Shown: positions 1 to 10,159, numbered from the stretch's first letter. The stretch: DNA of 47,782 bases from Candidatus Staskawiczbacteria bacterium (GCA_963778905.1 CAVZWH010000028.1:1-47782); one strand, 5' to 3'. Numbers and translations: made by a program. The notes: a model not told the origin generated them from the sequence alone.

Positions 1-295
1 AAAAACAGATTGGCAAACAATGCAAATTTTTGGTTTGAATTTGTGGAAGGGGAAATCGTTGGTTATGCAATTAGATTTGGAAGGCATTGCATGTTCTACC
101 GGTTCGGCATGTTCTTCTTTTAAGTTAGAGCCAAGCCACGTTTTGCTGGCTTTGGGATTAAAACCGCAGGAAGCGCACGGATCTTTAAGAGTTTTTTTGG
201 GAAGATTTACAACAGAGAAAGAAATTAATCAATTAATAAAAGTTTTGCCCGGAATAGTCGAAAGAATTAGAGAAATATCACCATTTAAAAATTAA
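1..295 (+). CDS. iscS: Cysteine desulfurase (IscS/NifS), C-terminal part; apparent one-base frameshift at about 53-55
   Basis: GIACSTGSACSS and EPSHVL..HGSLR motifs; frame 1 from base 1 reads KNRLANNANFWFEFVEGE and joins SLVMQLD if one A is removed; adjacent to iscU and mnmA. Confidence 0.9.
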   Translation, partial: KTDWQTMQIFGLNLWKGKSLVMQLDLEGIACSTGSACSSFKLEPSHVLLALGLKPQEAHGSLRVFLGRFTTEKEINQLIKVLPGIVERIREISPFKN

Positions 296-304
296 GGCAA
301 ATTC

Positions 305-364
305 ACCCGGTCAAATAATTTTGCTCCGCAAAATTAAATTTCGAAGAAATTTATTTGACCGGGT
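305..364. repeat. Y-shaped palindrome: 12-bp outer stem carrying two hairpins with 3-nt loops
   Basis: ACCCGGTCAAAT/ATTTGACCGGGT enclosing AATTTTGC-TCC-GCAAAATT and AAATTTC-GAA-GAAATTT. Confidence 0.85.
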
Positions 365-371
365 AAACCCT

Positions 372-857
372 ATGGCAAATAAAAATACTTGTTCAAGTTT
401 ATATACAAAAAAAGTTTTAGAAACTTTTAAGAATCCGCACAATTACGGAAAAATAAAAAACGCAGACGGAATTGGGAAAGTTGGCAACATTGTTTGCGGC
501 GACGTAATGTGGCTTTACATCAAAGTTGATAAAAAAGAAGTTATTAAAGATATAAAATTTGAAACTTTTGGATGCGTGGCGGCAATTTCAACAAGCTCTA
601 CAATTACTGATTTGGCAAAAGGAAAAACAATAAACAAGGCGTTGAAAATTGAAAAAAACGACATTATTAAAAAATTAGGAGGTTTGCCTTCTATAAAATA
701 TCACTGTTCTGTTTTGGCAGTGGATGCTTTGATTGAAGCTGTCTACGATTATTTTATAAAACAAAAAAGAGAAATTCCAGCAGATTTGCAAAAAAAACAT
801 GAGGCAATACAAAAATCAAAAGAAATAATTGAGAAAAGGTATGAAAAGTGGTCTTGA
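372..857 (+). CDS. iscU: Fe-S scaffold protein, IscU/NifU N-terminal family
   Basis: NPHNYG, GNIVCGD, FETFGC and KYHCSVL motifs; start moved to ATG 372 because the longer ORF begins inside the palindrome. Confidence 0.9.
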   Translation: MANKNTCSSLYTKKVLETFKNPHNYGKIKNADGIGKVGNIVCGDVMWLYIKVDKKEVIKDIKFETFGCVAAISTSSTITDLAKGKTINKALKIEKNDIIKKLGGLPSIKYHCSVLAVDALIEAVYDYFIKQKREIPADLQKKHEAIQKSKEIIEKRYEKWS

Positions 858-948
858 CAGCGATATTTTTATCTGTTAAGATACATAAAGAAATTACGGC
901 AACGGAGCCGCAATTTTTTTGTTAGCGCCTAGGAAAGGAAAATTTTTT

Positions 949-1377
949 ATGTTGACTAGCAATGGAAGTGCTGAAAAGCTGTACATTTACAATGAAGAAG
1001 AGATTTTGTTGGTGAGAAACTTGGTCGAGAAAATGGGATGTCTTGGCGACGGTCATCTTATTGTTTTGTTTCGGGCAGTTGTGGCGGGAATGAGCCAAAA
1101 GGAAAACGATTTTCATCGTTTTTTAGAAATTGTTTCCGCGTCTCCAACTAGCTCTCTAAAAGCCGAATCAATGATGGTGCTTATCCGTCTACTGTTGGAG
1201 TCGGGCAACTTCAATGAAGCCCGACAACTTGCCGCAGATCTTCATCAGATGGAGCACTATGTGCTGCATGCGCTGGCTAGGGTTAGGATAGCTAAGTTTT
1301 CCGAAGACGAAGAAGATGAAGCCTTGGCGACAGAATTTATGCGAGAACTTCTTGAGTCCTACATAAGCAAAACTTAA
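949..1377 (+). CDS. Hypothetical helical (TPR-like) protein
   Basis: ORF with its own promoter-like TTGACA(854)-17-TAAGAT(877) and a downstream terminator; no recognisable motif. Confidence 0.55.
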   Translation: MLTSNGSAEKLYIYNEEEILLVRNLVEKMGCLGDGHLIVLFRAVVAGMSQKENDFHRFLEIVSASPTSSLKAESMMVLIRLLLESGNFNEARQLAADLHQMEHYVLHALARVRIAKFSEDEEDEALATEFMRELLESYISKT

Positions 1378-1407
1378 GGGCAAACTATGGCCCGATCTAA
1401 AATAGCG

Positions 1408-1434
1408 GCCCCGCACAATGTTGTGGGGTTTTTT
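1408..1434 (+). terminator. Intrinsic terminator
   Basis: GCCCCGCA/TGTGGGGT stem followed by a T run. Confidence 0.7.
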
Positions 1435-1472
1435 ATTGATTTTTATTAAAAAAAGAAGTAATTTATAATAAA

Positions 1473-2513
1473 ATGGAAAATAAAAATATAAAAGTAATTG
1501 TGGCGATGTCCGGCGGAGTTGACAGCTCTGTTTCTGCAGCCCTGTTAAAGCGGGCTGGTTTTGACATTGTTGGAATTATGATGAAATTCTGGAAAGACGG
1601 CGTTGACGGAAAAAATCGCTGCTGTTCAGTTGAATCAGAGAAATTAGCCAGATTGGTTGCCAAAAAAATTGGCATTCCGTTTTACGTTGTTAATGTTGAA
1701 AAAGAATTTAAAAAGAAAGTTGTTGATTATTTTTTGTCAGAATATAAAAAGGGGAATACGCCAAATCCCTGTGTTGTTTGCAATAAAGAAATTAAATTTG
1801 GATTTTTAATAAAAAAAGCATTATCGCTTGGCGCAGATTTTGTAGCTACCGGTCATTACGCCAGCATAAAGCAAGGAAAATTATTGAAAGGTGTAGATAA
1901 AGAAAAAGATCAGTCATATTTTTTGTGGCAGTTAAATCAAGAACAATTAAGCTATGTTTTGTTTCCGGTTGGCGGATATACAAAGCCAGAAGTAAGGAAA
2001 TTAGCCAAAAAATTTAAGTTGCCGACAGTTCAAACCCCGGAGTCCCAGGAAGTTTGTTTTGTCCAAAACACAACAAACGATTTTCTAAAAAAATATCTTA
2101 AAACAAAACCAGGAAAAATTTTGGATATATCTGGCGAGATTGTCGGCGGACATCAGGGATTATGGTTTTACACAATTGGACAAAGAAGGGGATTGGAAAT
2201 TCCGCAAGGACCATATTATGTTATTGATAAAAATTTCAAAAATAATAATTTGATTGTCTCAAAAAATAAAAAAGATTTGGATAAAAAAGAATTAGTTGCA
2301 GAAAATATAAATTGGATTTTACCTCAAAAATTGCCGTTGGAAGTTAAAGTAAAGATAAGATATAAAAGCAATTTTGCCAAAGCTAAAATTTTAAGTAACG
2401 GAAAAAATAAAGTGAAAATAATTTTTGCAAAACCCCAGAAAGCAATAACTCCCGGCCAGTCAGCAGTTTTTTACAAGGGTAGTCAGCTGTTGGGCGGCGG
2501 AGTCATTAAATAA
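1473..2513 (+). CDS. mnmA: tRNA-specific 2-thiouridylase MnmA
   Basis: AMSGGVDSS, TPNPCVVCN, ATGHY, KDQSYFL, YTIGQRRGL and ITPGQSAVFY motifs. Confidence 0.97.
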   Translation: MENKNIKVIVAMSGGVDSSVSAALLKRAGFDIVGIMMKFWKDGVDGKNRCCSVESEKLARLVAKKIGIPFYVVNVEKEFKKKVVDYFLSEYKKGNTPNPCVVCNKEIKFGFLIKKALSLGADFVATGHYASIKQGKLLKGVDKEKDQSYFLWQLNQEQLSYVLFPVGGYTKPEVRKLAKKFKLPTVQTPESQEVCFVQNTTNDFLKKYLKTKPGKILDISGEIVGGHQGLWFYTIGQRRGLEIPQGPYYVIDKNFKNNNLIVSKNKKDLDKKELVAENINWILPQKLPLEVKVKIRYKSNFAKAKILSNGKNKVKIIFAKPQKAITPGQSAVFYKGSQLLGGGVIK

Positions 2514-2527
2514 AACTCTGTTAGCTA

Positions 2528-2583
2528 TTGACAGGGTTTTTTATTGTGATAATATATACCTATACCCCAGGTATTGGTATAGG
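2528..2583 (+). promoter_or_regulatory. Sigma70 promoter with a CsoR-type operator
   Basis: TTGACA (2528) and TAATAT (2550); inverted repeat CCTATACC-N9-GGTATAGG (2559-2583) with a C-tract, directly upstream of csoR. Confidence 0.8.
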
Positions 2584-2609
2584 ATAATATTAACAACAAA
2601 ATAATAATT

Positions 2610-2882
2610 ATGACAAACAATAAAGAAAAAGCGCTCATCGGTTTCAAAAAAGCGCATAGCTTGTTGGCTAAAATAATTGATATGACAGAAAAAAATGTGT
2701 ATTGCATGGACATAATGCAGCAGAATTTGGCTGCGATAGGTCTTTTAAGGTCTGCTCATGAAATGCTGATGGAAAATCATTTAAATTCTTGTTTTAAGAA
2801 TGCTATGGCATCAAAAAATGAGAGAAGGAAAAAACAAATGACAGAAGAAATATTAAAAGTAACTAAACTTTTTAACAAATAA
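2610..2882 (+). CDS. csoR: Copper-sensing repressor, CsoR/RcnR family
   Basis: YCMDIMQQ...ENHLNSC (Cys/His/Cys ligands); 90 aa; heads the copper cluster. Confidence 0.9.
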   Translation: MTNNKEKALIGFKKAHSLLAKIIDMTEKNVYCMDIMQQNLAAIGLLRSAHEMLMENHLNSCFKNAMASKNERRKKQMTEEILKVTKLFNK

Positions 2883-2883
2883 C

Positions 2884-4242
2884 ATGGCCAAAGAACATAT
2901 TTATAAAGTGCAAGGAATGCATTGCGCTTCGTGCGAGATTTTAATTGAGAAAAAACTTTTGGATATTGAAAATATAAAATCAGTAGATGCTTCAACCGGC
3001 AACGGCCAGGTGCTGATAGAATATGAAGGCGACAGGCCAAATCCCGAAAGATTAAATAATATTTTCAAAGAAGAAAATTATACTTTTTCAGATAGCGGAG
3101 AAAAAAATATAAAACCAATTAAAAAAACAAATGCAACTTTAGTTGCGTTTAATATTGCTATTTTTATAATTATTGGTTTTTTGATTTTAGATAAATTGGG
3201 AATTGCTAATTTTCTTAATCTGAACTCAACATCATCTTTGATTGCATTTTTTGGATTTGGACTTTTGGCCGGAATTTCTTCTTGCGCTGCGCTGGTTGGC
3301 GGAATTGTTTTGTCTATGTCAAAGCAATGGAATAATCTTTACGCAGAAAATCAATCAACCTCAAAAAAACTTCAGCCTCATATAATGTTTAACACAGGCA
3401 GATTGATTTCTTATGTTGTTTTGGGCGGAGTTTTGGGAATGATAGGAAGCAGGTTGCAGATTTCTCCACAAATTACAGGATATTTGGTAATTGCAATTTC
3501 TCTTTTAATGATTGCTTTGGGTTTGCAAATGTTGGGAATAAAAGCATTCAGAAAATTCCAATTTTCAGCCCCAAAATCGGCGACAAGATATATTGCCAAT
3601 GAAAATAATTTTCAGGGAAAATATATGCCGTTTATTATGGGGGCTTTAACTTTCTTTTTGCCTTGCGGATTTACAATTACAGCTCAGAGTTTGGCTTTAC
3701 TTTCCGGCAATGTATTTAGCGGAGCCTTAATTATGGGAGCATTTGCTTTAGGAACTGTTCCGATGCTGTTATTTATTGGACTTTCAAGCGTTAAATTTTC
3801 TTCAAAACCTCATTTAGCTGAAAGATTTTCAAAGGTTGCCGGATTTTTGGTTTTATTTTTTGCATTGTTTAACATTTCAAACCAACTTGCTGTTTTAGGA
3901 TTTAATTTTCCGCAAAACCAATCACAAATATCTGTCGCGAACCAAGACAATTTACCTCCAATAGTAAATGGCGAGCAAGTTATTAAAATGACAGCCACTG
4001 GATCCGGAGATGACCCGAATTATTTTAGAGTAAAGGCCGGAGTTCCTGTAAGATGGGAAATTACCGGAGGGAATTCCCTTGGATGCAACGGAGCGATTGT
4101 TTCAAATAGTTTTTTCTCCGATGCGGTTGATTTAACGCCGGGACAAGTTGCAGTAAAAGAATTTACTCCGCAAAATGTGGGAACATTTGGATTTTCTTGC
4201 ACAATGGGAATGATTAGAGGAACAATAGAAGTTGTAAATTAA
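2884..4242 (+). CDS. HMA + DsbD_2-like membrane domain + C-terminal cupredoxin fusion
   Basis: GMHCASC; SSCAALVGG, FNTGR and FLPCG motifs with several TM helices; FSCTMGMIRG. Confidence 0.85.
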   Translation: MAKEHIYKVQGMHCASCEILIEKKLLDIENIKSVDASTGNGQVLIEYEGDRPNPERLNNIFKEENYTFSDSGEKNIKPIKKTNATLVAFNIAIFIIIGFLILDKLGIANFLNLNSTSSLIAFFGFGLLAGISSCAALVGGIVLSMSKQWNNLYAENQSTSKKLQPHIMFNTGRLISYVVLGGVLGMIGSRLQISPQITGYLVIAISLLMIALGLQMLGIKAFRKFQFSAPKSATRYIANENNFQGKYMPFIMGALTFFLPCGFTITAQSLALLSGNVFSGALIMGAFALGTVPMLLFIGLSSVKFSSKPHLAERFSKVAGFLVLFFALFNISNQLAVLGFNFPQNQSQISVANQDNLPPIVNGEQVIKMTATGSGDDPNYFRVKAGVPVRWEITGGNSLGCNGAIVSNSFFSDAVDLTPGQVAVKEFTPQNVGTFGFSCTMGMIRGTIEVVN

Positions 4243-4247
4243 AAAAT

Positions 4248-4454
4248 ATGGCAAAAATTACATCAAAAACAACATTAGAAAAAATAATTGAGAAAAAAGG
4301 CGCTGATAAAATTTTAATGGAAAATGGCGTGCCATGTTTGTCGTGCCCCATGTCTCAGTTTGAAATTGATAAATTGAAAATTGGCGAAGTTTGCAAAATG
4401 TACGGATTGAATTTAGATAAAATTTTAAAAGAATTGAATAATGGAAACAAATAA
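4248..4454 (+). CDS. Small DUF1858-like CxxC protein
   Basis: GVPCLSCP...[18 protein letters not shown] pattern. Confidence 0.7.
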   Translation: MAKITSKTTLEKIIEKKGADKILMENGVPCLSCPMSQFEIDKLKIGEVCKMYGLNLDKILKELNNGNK

Positions 4455-6585
4455 TAAAATTACATTAAAAATTGGAGGAATGACCTGCGCCTCGTGCGCA
4501 TCAGTGATTGAATATGGCTTAAAAAAAGAAAAGGGAATTAATTCTGCCAGTGTTAATTTGGCATCTGAAAAAGCTTATATTGATTTTGACCAAAGTAAAA
4601 TTACAGAAAAAGATATCAGAAAAACAATAAAAGATTTAGGATATAGCGTTATTGATGGCGAAAAAGAAAATGATTTAAAGAAATTAAGAAATAGATTTAT
4701 TTTGTCTTTGATTTTTGGCTTGCCGGTAATTTATGCAATGTTGGCAGAATCTATGGGTTTGCCAAAATATATTCAGGCAATTTTGTCGGCTGCTGTAATT
4801 TTAATTTGTTTTGATATCTGGAAATCAGGATTTAAAAAACTTGTAAAATTGGCGCCGAATATGGATTCTTTGATTTTTATTGGAACCGCGGTTGCATTTT
4901 TTTACAGCTTGGCGCAAGTTGTTTTAGGAGGCGCAATTTATTTTGAAAGCGCAATTTTTATTTTAATTTTTATTTCGTTAGGAAAATATTTGGAAGCCGT
5001 TACAAAAGGCAAAACATCATCGGCAATTAAAAGTTTAATTGGACTGCAGCCCAAAACTGCGATAATTATAAAAGACGGAAAAGAAATTGAAATTTCAATT
5101 TCAGAAGTGCAAGTTGGGGATATTATTTTAGTGAAACCAGGACAAAAAATTCCGGTTGACGGAATTGTTGTTGACGGATATTCTGGCGTTGACGAAAAAG
5201 CAATTACCGGAGAATCAATTCCCGTTGAAAAGAAAAAAGGAGACGAGGTTATTGGAGCCACAATAAATAAAACAGGTGTCTTGAAATTTAGGGCAATCAG
5301 AGTTGGCAAAGATACGATGCTTTCGCAGATTATAAAAATTGTTGAAGATGCAATGGGAAGCAAAGCGCCAATTCAGCTTTTGGCAGACAAGGTTTCATTT
5401 TATTTCGTGCCGGCTGTGATTTTTATTGCTTTGGTTGCAGGAATTATTTGGTTTTTAATTTTACATCAAATAGCTATTGCTCTGACAATTTTTGTGGCGG
5501 TTTTGATAATTGCATGTCCTTGCGCGCTTGGATTAGCAACGCCAACAGCGGTTATGATGGGAACTGGATTGGCAGCTAAAAACGGAATTTTAATTAAATC
5601 TTCCAAGGCGTTGGAAATAGCAAAAGACGTTAACATGGTTGTTTTTGATAAAACAGGAACCTTAACAAAAGGAGAGCCGGTTGTTACAGAAGTTATTTCT
5701 GTTGATGAAAAAATAAAAGAAAAAGTTATATTAGAAATTTCAGCTTCTGTGGAAAAAAATTCTGAACATCCTTTGGCTCAGGCAATTATTAATAAAGCAA
5801 AACAGCAAAATATTTCACTAAGTGAAGTAAAAAATTTTCAAGCTATTCCTGGAAAAGGAGTCCAAGCAACATTAAATAATGAAACAATCTTATTGGGCAC
5901 AAGAAATCTTATGCAAGATAATAAAATTTCCGTTGATTTAATTGAAGAAAAAATGATAGCTCTTGAAGATTTGGGAAAAACAGCTATGATTTTAGCCGTT
6001 GACGAAAAAGTTTTAGGAATTATTGCGGTGGCAGATGTTTTGAAAGAAAATTCTAAGGAAGCAGTTGATATCTTGCATAAAATGGGAAAACAAGTTGCAA
6101 TAATTACCGGAGATAATAAAAGAGTGGGCGAGGCAATTGCAAAACAATTGGGAATTGACCGCGTGCTGGCAGAAGTTTTGCCGCAAGGAAAGTCAGACGA
6201 AATAAAAAAATTGCAAAGCGAAGGGAAAATTGTGGCAATGGTTGGCGATGGAATTAACGATGCGCCGGCTTTGGCTCAGGCAAATTTGGGAATTGCTTTG
6301 GGATCCGGAACCGACGTGGCAATGGAAACAGGAGAAATTGTTTTGATAAAAGATGATTTAAGAGATGTTGTAAAAGCAATGGATATAAGCAGATATACTT
6401 TGGGCAAAATAAAACAAAATCTTTTCTGGGCATTTTTTTACAACTCAATTGGAATTCCAATTGCCGCCGGAATTTTATTTCCTTTTACAGGTTGGCTTTT
6501 ATCACCAACAATCGCCGCAGGAGCTATGGCATTTTCGTCTGTGAGCGTTGTGTTGAATTCCTTATCAATGAAGATGTATAAATAA
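4441..6585 (+). CDS. copA: Cu(I)-translocating P1B-type ATPase
   Basis: [34 protein letters not shown] and MAFSS motifs. Confidence 0.96.
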   Translation: METNNKITLKIGGMTCASCASVIEYGLKKEKGINSASVNLASEKAYIDFDQSKITEKDIRKTIKDLGYSVIDGEKENDLKKLRNRFILSLIFGLPVIYAMLAESMGLPKYIQAILSAAVILICFDIWKSGFKKLVKLAPNMDSLIFIGTAVAFFYSLAQVVLGGAIYFESAIFILIFISLGKYLEAVTKGKTSSAIKSLIGLQPKTAIIIKDGKEIEISISEVQVGDIILVKPGQKIPVDGIVVDGYSGVDEKAITGESIPVEKKKGDEVIGATINKTGVLKFRAIRVGKDTMLSQIIKIVEDAMGSKAPIQLLADKVSFYFVPAVIFIALVAGIIWFLILHQIAIALTIFVAVLIIACPCALGLATPTAVMMGTGLAAKNGILIKSSKALEIAKDVNMVVFDKTGTLTKGEPVVTEVISVDEKIKEKVILEISASVEKNSEHPLAQAIINKAKQQNISLSEVKNFQAIPGKGVQATLNNETILLGTRNLMQDNKISVDLIEEKMIALEDLGKTAMILAVDEKVLGIIAVADVLKENSKEAVDILHKMGKQVAIITGDNKRVGEAIAKQLGIDRVLAEVLPQGKSDEIKKLQSEGKIVAMVGDGINDAPALAQANLGIALGSGTDVAMETGEIVLIKDDLRDVVKAMDISRYTLGKIKQNLFWAFFYNSIGIPIAAGILFPFTGWLLSPTIAAGAMAFSSVSVVLNSLSMKMYK

Positions 6586-6630
6586 TAAATTATTGATTTT
6601 GGTAATTTTTTGTGGTTAAATAAAAATAAT

Positions 6631-7020
6631 ATGGACAAAACAATTATATTTATTGTTCTCATAATTATTTTAGCAGGTGTTGGATTTTGGGTTTGGCAGT
6701 CGGGAGTTTTCACAAAAATTTCTGTGCAACCAACTCCGCTTCCGCCAGGAATAGTTTTGTTTTATGGCCAGGGCTGTCCGCATTGCAAAGATGTAGATGA
6801 TTTTGTTTCCCAGAACAATATCACAGACAAAGTGAAATTTACAAAACTGGAAGTTTGGTATAATAAAAATAATCAGGCATTGCTTTCGCAGGTTGCCATA
6901 AAATGCGGAATAACTGCAAATTCTGTGGGCGTTCCATTTTTATATGACGGCGTCGGTAAATGCTACATAGGCGAAGTAGACGTAATAAATTTTTTCAAAA
7001 ATGCAGCGGGTATTAAATAA
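6631..7020 (+). CDS. Membrane-anchored glutaredoxin/thioredoxin-like protein
   Basis: N-terminal TM helix, CPHC active site, GVP cis-Pro motif. Confidence 0.8.
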   Translation: MDKTIIFIVLIIILAGVGFWVWQSGVFTKISVQPTPLPPGIVLFYGQGCPHCKDVDDFVSQNNITDKVKFTKLEVWYNKNNQALLSQVAIKCGITANSVGVPFLYDGVGKCYIGEVDVINFFKNAAGIK

Positions 7021-7519
7021 AAAATATTTATTTTTGGGAATATTATCATCTGGACTGGTTTGGGCAAATGCGGTGGTGGCTCAGGTGTGCCCGGTTTGCG
7101 TTGTTGCAATTGGAGCCGGGCTTGGGCTTTCCAGGTGGCTCGGAATTGACGACCTTGTTTCTTCTGTTTGGATAGGAGCATTTTTAGTCGCAATAATTTC
7201 GTGGACTTTGTCATTTATGAAAAAAAAGGGCTGGAGTTTTACAGATGACGGAATTATAATTACCTTAGCCTACATAGTTTTAACGTTTATTCCGCTTTAT
7301 TACGCAAAAATTGTGGGAAATCCCTTGAATCAAATTTGGGGAATTGATAAAATAATTTTTGGTTCAATTGTTGGAGCCGCGGTTCTTTTTTTGGCACATT
7401 GGCTGCATTCATATCTAAAAAAAATAAATAATGGAAAATCATTTTTTCCATATCAAAGAGTTGTCGTTCCAGTTGCAATTTTAATAATAACAAGTTTAAT
7501 TTTATGGATGATAATTTAA
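7001..7519 (+). CDS. Multi-pass membrane protein with an N-terminal CPVC motif
   Basis: AQVCPVC after a signal-like segment, then about 4-5 hydrophobic helices. Confidence 0.7.
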   Translation: MQRVLNKKYLFLGILSSGLVWANAVVAQVCPVCVVAIGAGLGLSRWLGIDDLVSSVWIGAFLVAIISWTLSFMKKKGWSFTDDGIIITLAYIVLTFIPLYYAKIVGNPLNQIWGIDKIIFGSIVGAAVLFLAHWLHSYLKKINNGKSFFPYQRVVVPVAILIITSLILWMII

Positions 7520-8028
7520 AAATTGACGAGTTTATAAAAAAAGTTCAGGCAGGCAAGAAAGGCGAATTAGATTTGTCTTCTGACGAAGATTTGTCAATTG
7601 CCATAATGAATTTAATTTCAATTGAAGAGCATTTTTTCTTTACAGGAGCCAAAACCGGCAAGCCGGAATATTTTGATTTGTTAAGCACTGCCAGAGAAAT
7701 GAGAAAAGATTTATTAAAAAGAATTATAAAAGAATATGAGGGCGAAGTTTGGTGCATTTCAAAGCATTTGTTATCCGCTTCAATGAGATTAATGGAAGTT
7801 GGCACTAAAGCATTGGGTCAGGGAAATAAAAAAGACGCAGAGGAAATGTTTAAGAAAGCTTACGAACTTTATTCATTATTTTGGGGGATAAATTTGAAAT
7901 TAATTGACCTTGGCGAAGTTAAAAAAATTGATGATAATCAGATAGACATAAAAGACGATGATAAAAAAGGAATTGTGGCAAAGCTCGGCAAAGTTGTTCA
8001 ATATGTAATCAACTGCTGCAAAGAATAA
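7504..8028 (+). CDS. Hypothetical helical protein with possible metal ligands
   Basis: EEH, WCISKH and C-terminal CCKE; overlaps the upstream gene. Confidence 0.7.
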   Translation: MDDNLKIDEFIKKVQAGKKGELDLSSDEDLSIAIMNLISIEEHFFFTGAKTGKPEYFDLLSTAREMRKDLLKRIIKEYEGEVWCISKHLLSASMRLMEVGTKALGQGNKKDAEEMFKKAYELYSLFWGINLKLIDLGEVKKIDDNQIDIKDDDKKGIVAKLGKVVQYVINCCKE

Positions 8029-8057
8029 TTAAAATATATTATTAATTTTTAATAAAC

Positions 8058-8849
8058 ATGTTTGGATTAAATAAAACTACAAAAAAGTTTTGCGACTTAA
8101 ATGGAAAAGTTGCCATTGTCACGGGAGCGGGTAAGGGAATGGGAAAAGCTCACGCATTAAAATTATCCGGAGCCGGAGCCAAAGTTGTTGTTTCAGATAT
8201 TTCTTTGCCAGATTGCCAGTTGGTTGTTGATGAAATTAAAAAAATGAGAGGAGAAGCAATTGCTGTAAAATGCGATATCAGCAAAAAATCGGAAGTTGAT
8301 AATTTAATTTCAGAAACTCTTAAAAAATTTGGCAAGATTGATATTTTGGTAAACAACGCAGGAATTTATCCCTTTGAACCATTTTTACAAATGCCGGAAG
8401 CAAATTTTCAAAAAGTGATTGATGTAAACTTAAAAGGATATTTTTTGTGCGCACAGGCAGCAGCAAAAGAAATGGCAAAACAAAAATATGGCGCCATTGT
8501 AAATATTTCTTCAATTGCCATGGGCCAGGTTGGAGTTGGATTTGCCGGATTAACTCATTATTGCGCGTCAAAAGGCGGAATTGTGGCAATGTCAGAAGCA
8601 ATGGCTTTGGAATTGGCTCCTTTGGGAATTAGAGTAAATTGCATTGCTCCGGGAGCAATTGATACTCCGGGCGCTTCAACAACATCAATGGATGCAAAAG
8701 CAAAAGAGGCGATGCTGGCTCCAATTCCTATGCACAGGCAAGGCAGAGCTGAAGAAATTGCCAACGCAGTTTTATTTTTGGCATCAGACGAATCTTCTTA
8801 TATGACTGGTTCCGTGATGGTAGTTGACGGAGGATGGGTTGCTGGATAA
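8058..8849 (+). CDS. Short-chain dehydrogenase/reductase (FabG-like)
   Basis: TGAGKGMG, NNAG, YCASK, IAPGAIDT and VDGG motifs. Confidence 0.93.
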   Translation: MFGLNKTTKKFCDLNGKVAIVTGAGKGMGKAHALKLSGAGAKVVVSDISLPDCQLVVDEIKKMRGEAIAVKCDISKKSEVDNLISETLKKFGKIDILVNNAGIYPFEPFLQMPEANFQKVIDVNLKGYFLCAQAAAKEMAKQKYGAIVNISSIAMGQVGVGFAGLTHYCASKGGIVAMSEAMALELAPLGIRVNCIAPGAIDTPGASTTSMDAKAKEAMLAPIPMHRQGRAEEIANAVLFLASDESSYMTGSVMVVDGGWVAG

Positions 8850-8943
8850 TTTAATTTTAGCTTGACAAGGGTTTTTGTTAGGCTAAAATGGGTCTAATAT
8901 GATTCAAAAATCAATTTTGCGGGTTCTCACCCCTGCAGAAATC

Positions 8944-9125
8944 AAGGTCGAGTTAATAAAAAATCAAAAAAAATATTATGGCAACAGAAGCATATTGCGT
9001 AAAATGCAAGGCAAAAAGAGATATGAAAGATCCTAAGGTCGAGTTAATAAAAAATCAAAAAAAATATTATGGCAACAGAAGCATATTGCGTAAAATGCAA
9101 GGCAAAAAGAGATATGAAAGATCCT
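8944..9125 (+). repeat. Exact 91-bp tandem duplication
   Basis: 8944-9034 is identical to 9035-9125; it covers the leader and first 19 codons of the small Zn-ribbon gene. Confidence 0.95.
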
Positions 9126-9233
9126 AAAGAAGTTACAATGAAAGGAAAAGGCGGCAAAACAAGAATGGCTATGACAGGAACCTGTACAAAGTGCGGAACA
9201 AAAATGTTCAGAATTATGGGTATGAAAAAATAA
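9069..9233 (+). CDS. Small Zn-ribbon protein (DUF5679-like), 54 aa, not in the ORF track
   Basis: MATEAYCVKCKAKRDMKDPKEVTMKGKGGKTRMAMTGTCTKCGTKMFRIMGMKK; two CxxC; promoter TTGACA(8862)/TAAAAT(8884) and terminator downstream. Confidence 0.85.
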   Translation: MATEAYCVKCKAKRDMKDPKEVTMKGKGGKTRMAMTGTCTKCGTKMFRIMGMKK

Positions 9234-9238
9234 CTAAT

Positions 9239-9272
9239 AAAAAGTGCTAGGTCCGACCTAGCACTTTTTTTG
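9239..9272 (+). terminator. Intrinsic terminator
   Basis: AAAGTGCTAGGT-CCG-ACCTAGCACTTT followed by T residues. Confidence 0.85.
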
Positions 9273-9284
9273 TTAATAGAAAGA

Positions 9285-10154
9285 ATGAAAACGAAATATG
9301 TTTTATTCATTGTTGCGTTTCTTTTGGCTCTTAATTTTTTTTGTTGGAAGGAAATTTTTGTTTTAACTTCAGGAAATAATCTAAAAGTTGATTTTTTAAG
9401 TGTTGGTCAAGGGGATTCATTTTTTATTGAAACTCCGGGGATGGATAAAATTTTAATTGATGGCGGACCGGATGCAAATGTTTTGCAAAAACTGGCGGAA
9501 AATATGCCGTTTTGGGACAAAGAAATTGATCTTGTAATTTTAACTCATCCGGACGCCGACCATGTAACCGGATTGATAGATGTTTTACAAAGATATAAAG
9601 TAGATGATATTTTGTGGACAGGAATAAAAAGAGACGGCGACGAATACCAGCAATGGTTGAAAGTTTTGGCGCACCAGAAAAAAATGGGAGCAAAAATAAT
9701 AATTGCAAAGTCGGGAGAGGAAATAAAAGCCGGAAACGTTTTAATTGATATTTTGCATCCTTTTGATTCTTTGCAAGGGCAATATTTCAAAACCGACGAC
9801 AATGACACCGGCGTTGTTTCACGTTTAATTTATGGCAGAGATTCTTTTTTATTTGCGGCTGACATAACCAGCAAAGAAGAACAAAAACTTGTAGATGCAA
9901 AAAGCGATATTGCTTCGGATGTTTTGAAAGTGGCACACCATGGTTCAAAATATTCAACGTCAGATAATTTTTTGGCGGCAGTAAATCCGAAAATTGCGGT
10001 TATTTCCTGTGGAAAAAATAATCAGTATCATTTTCCAACTCCGGAAGTTTTGCAAAGATTGGAAAATTTTGGTATAAAGATGTTTAGAACAGATAAAGAC
10101 GGAGATGTTAAATTTATCTCTGACGGAAATAATTTAAGATTAATAAATAATTAA
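9285..10154 (+). CDS. ComEC/Rec2-like metallo-beta-lactamase-fold hydrolase
   Basis: VGQGD, LIDGG, THPDADH, LKVAHHGS and RTD..G motifs; N-terminal TM helix. Confidence 0.9.
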   Translation: MKTKYVLFIVAFLLALNFFCWKEIFVLTSGNNLKVDFLSVGQGDSFFIETPGMDKILIDGGPDANVLQKLAENMPFWDKEIDLVILTHPDADHVTGLIDVLQRYKVDDILWTGIKRDGDEYQQWLKVLAHQKKMGAKIIIAKSGEEIKAGNVLIDILHPFDSLQGQYFKTDDNDTGVVSRLIYGRDSFLFAADITSKEEQKLVDAKSDIASDVLKVAHHGSKYSTSDNFLAAVNPKIAVISCGKNNQYHFPTPEVLQRLENFGIKMFRTDKDGDVKFISDGNNLRLINN

Positions 10155-10159
10155 AAAAC

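Noticed and set aside
321-371. N-terminal extension of IscU in the ORF track
   Set aside because: It starts at a TTG inside the Y-shaped palindrome; ATG 372 is the more plausible start
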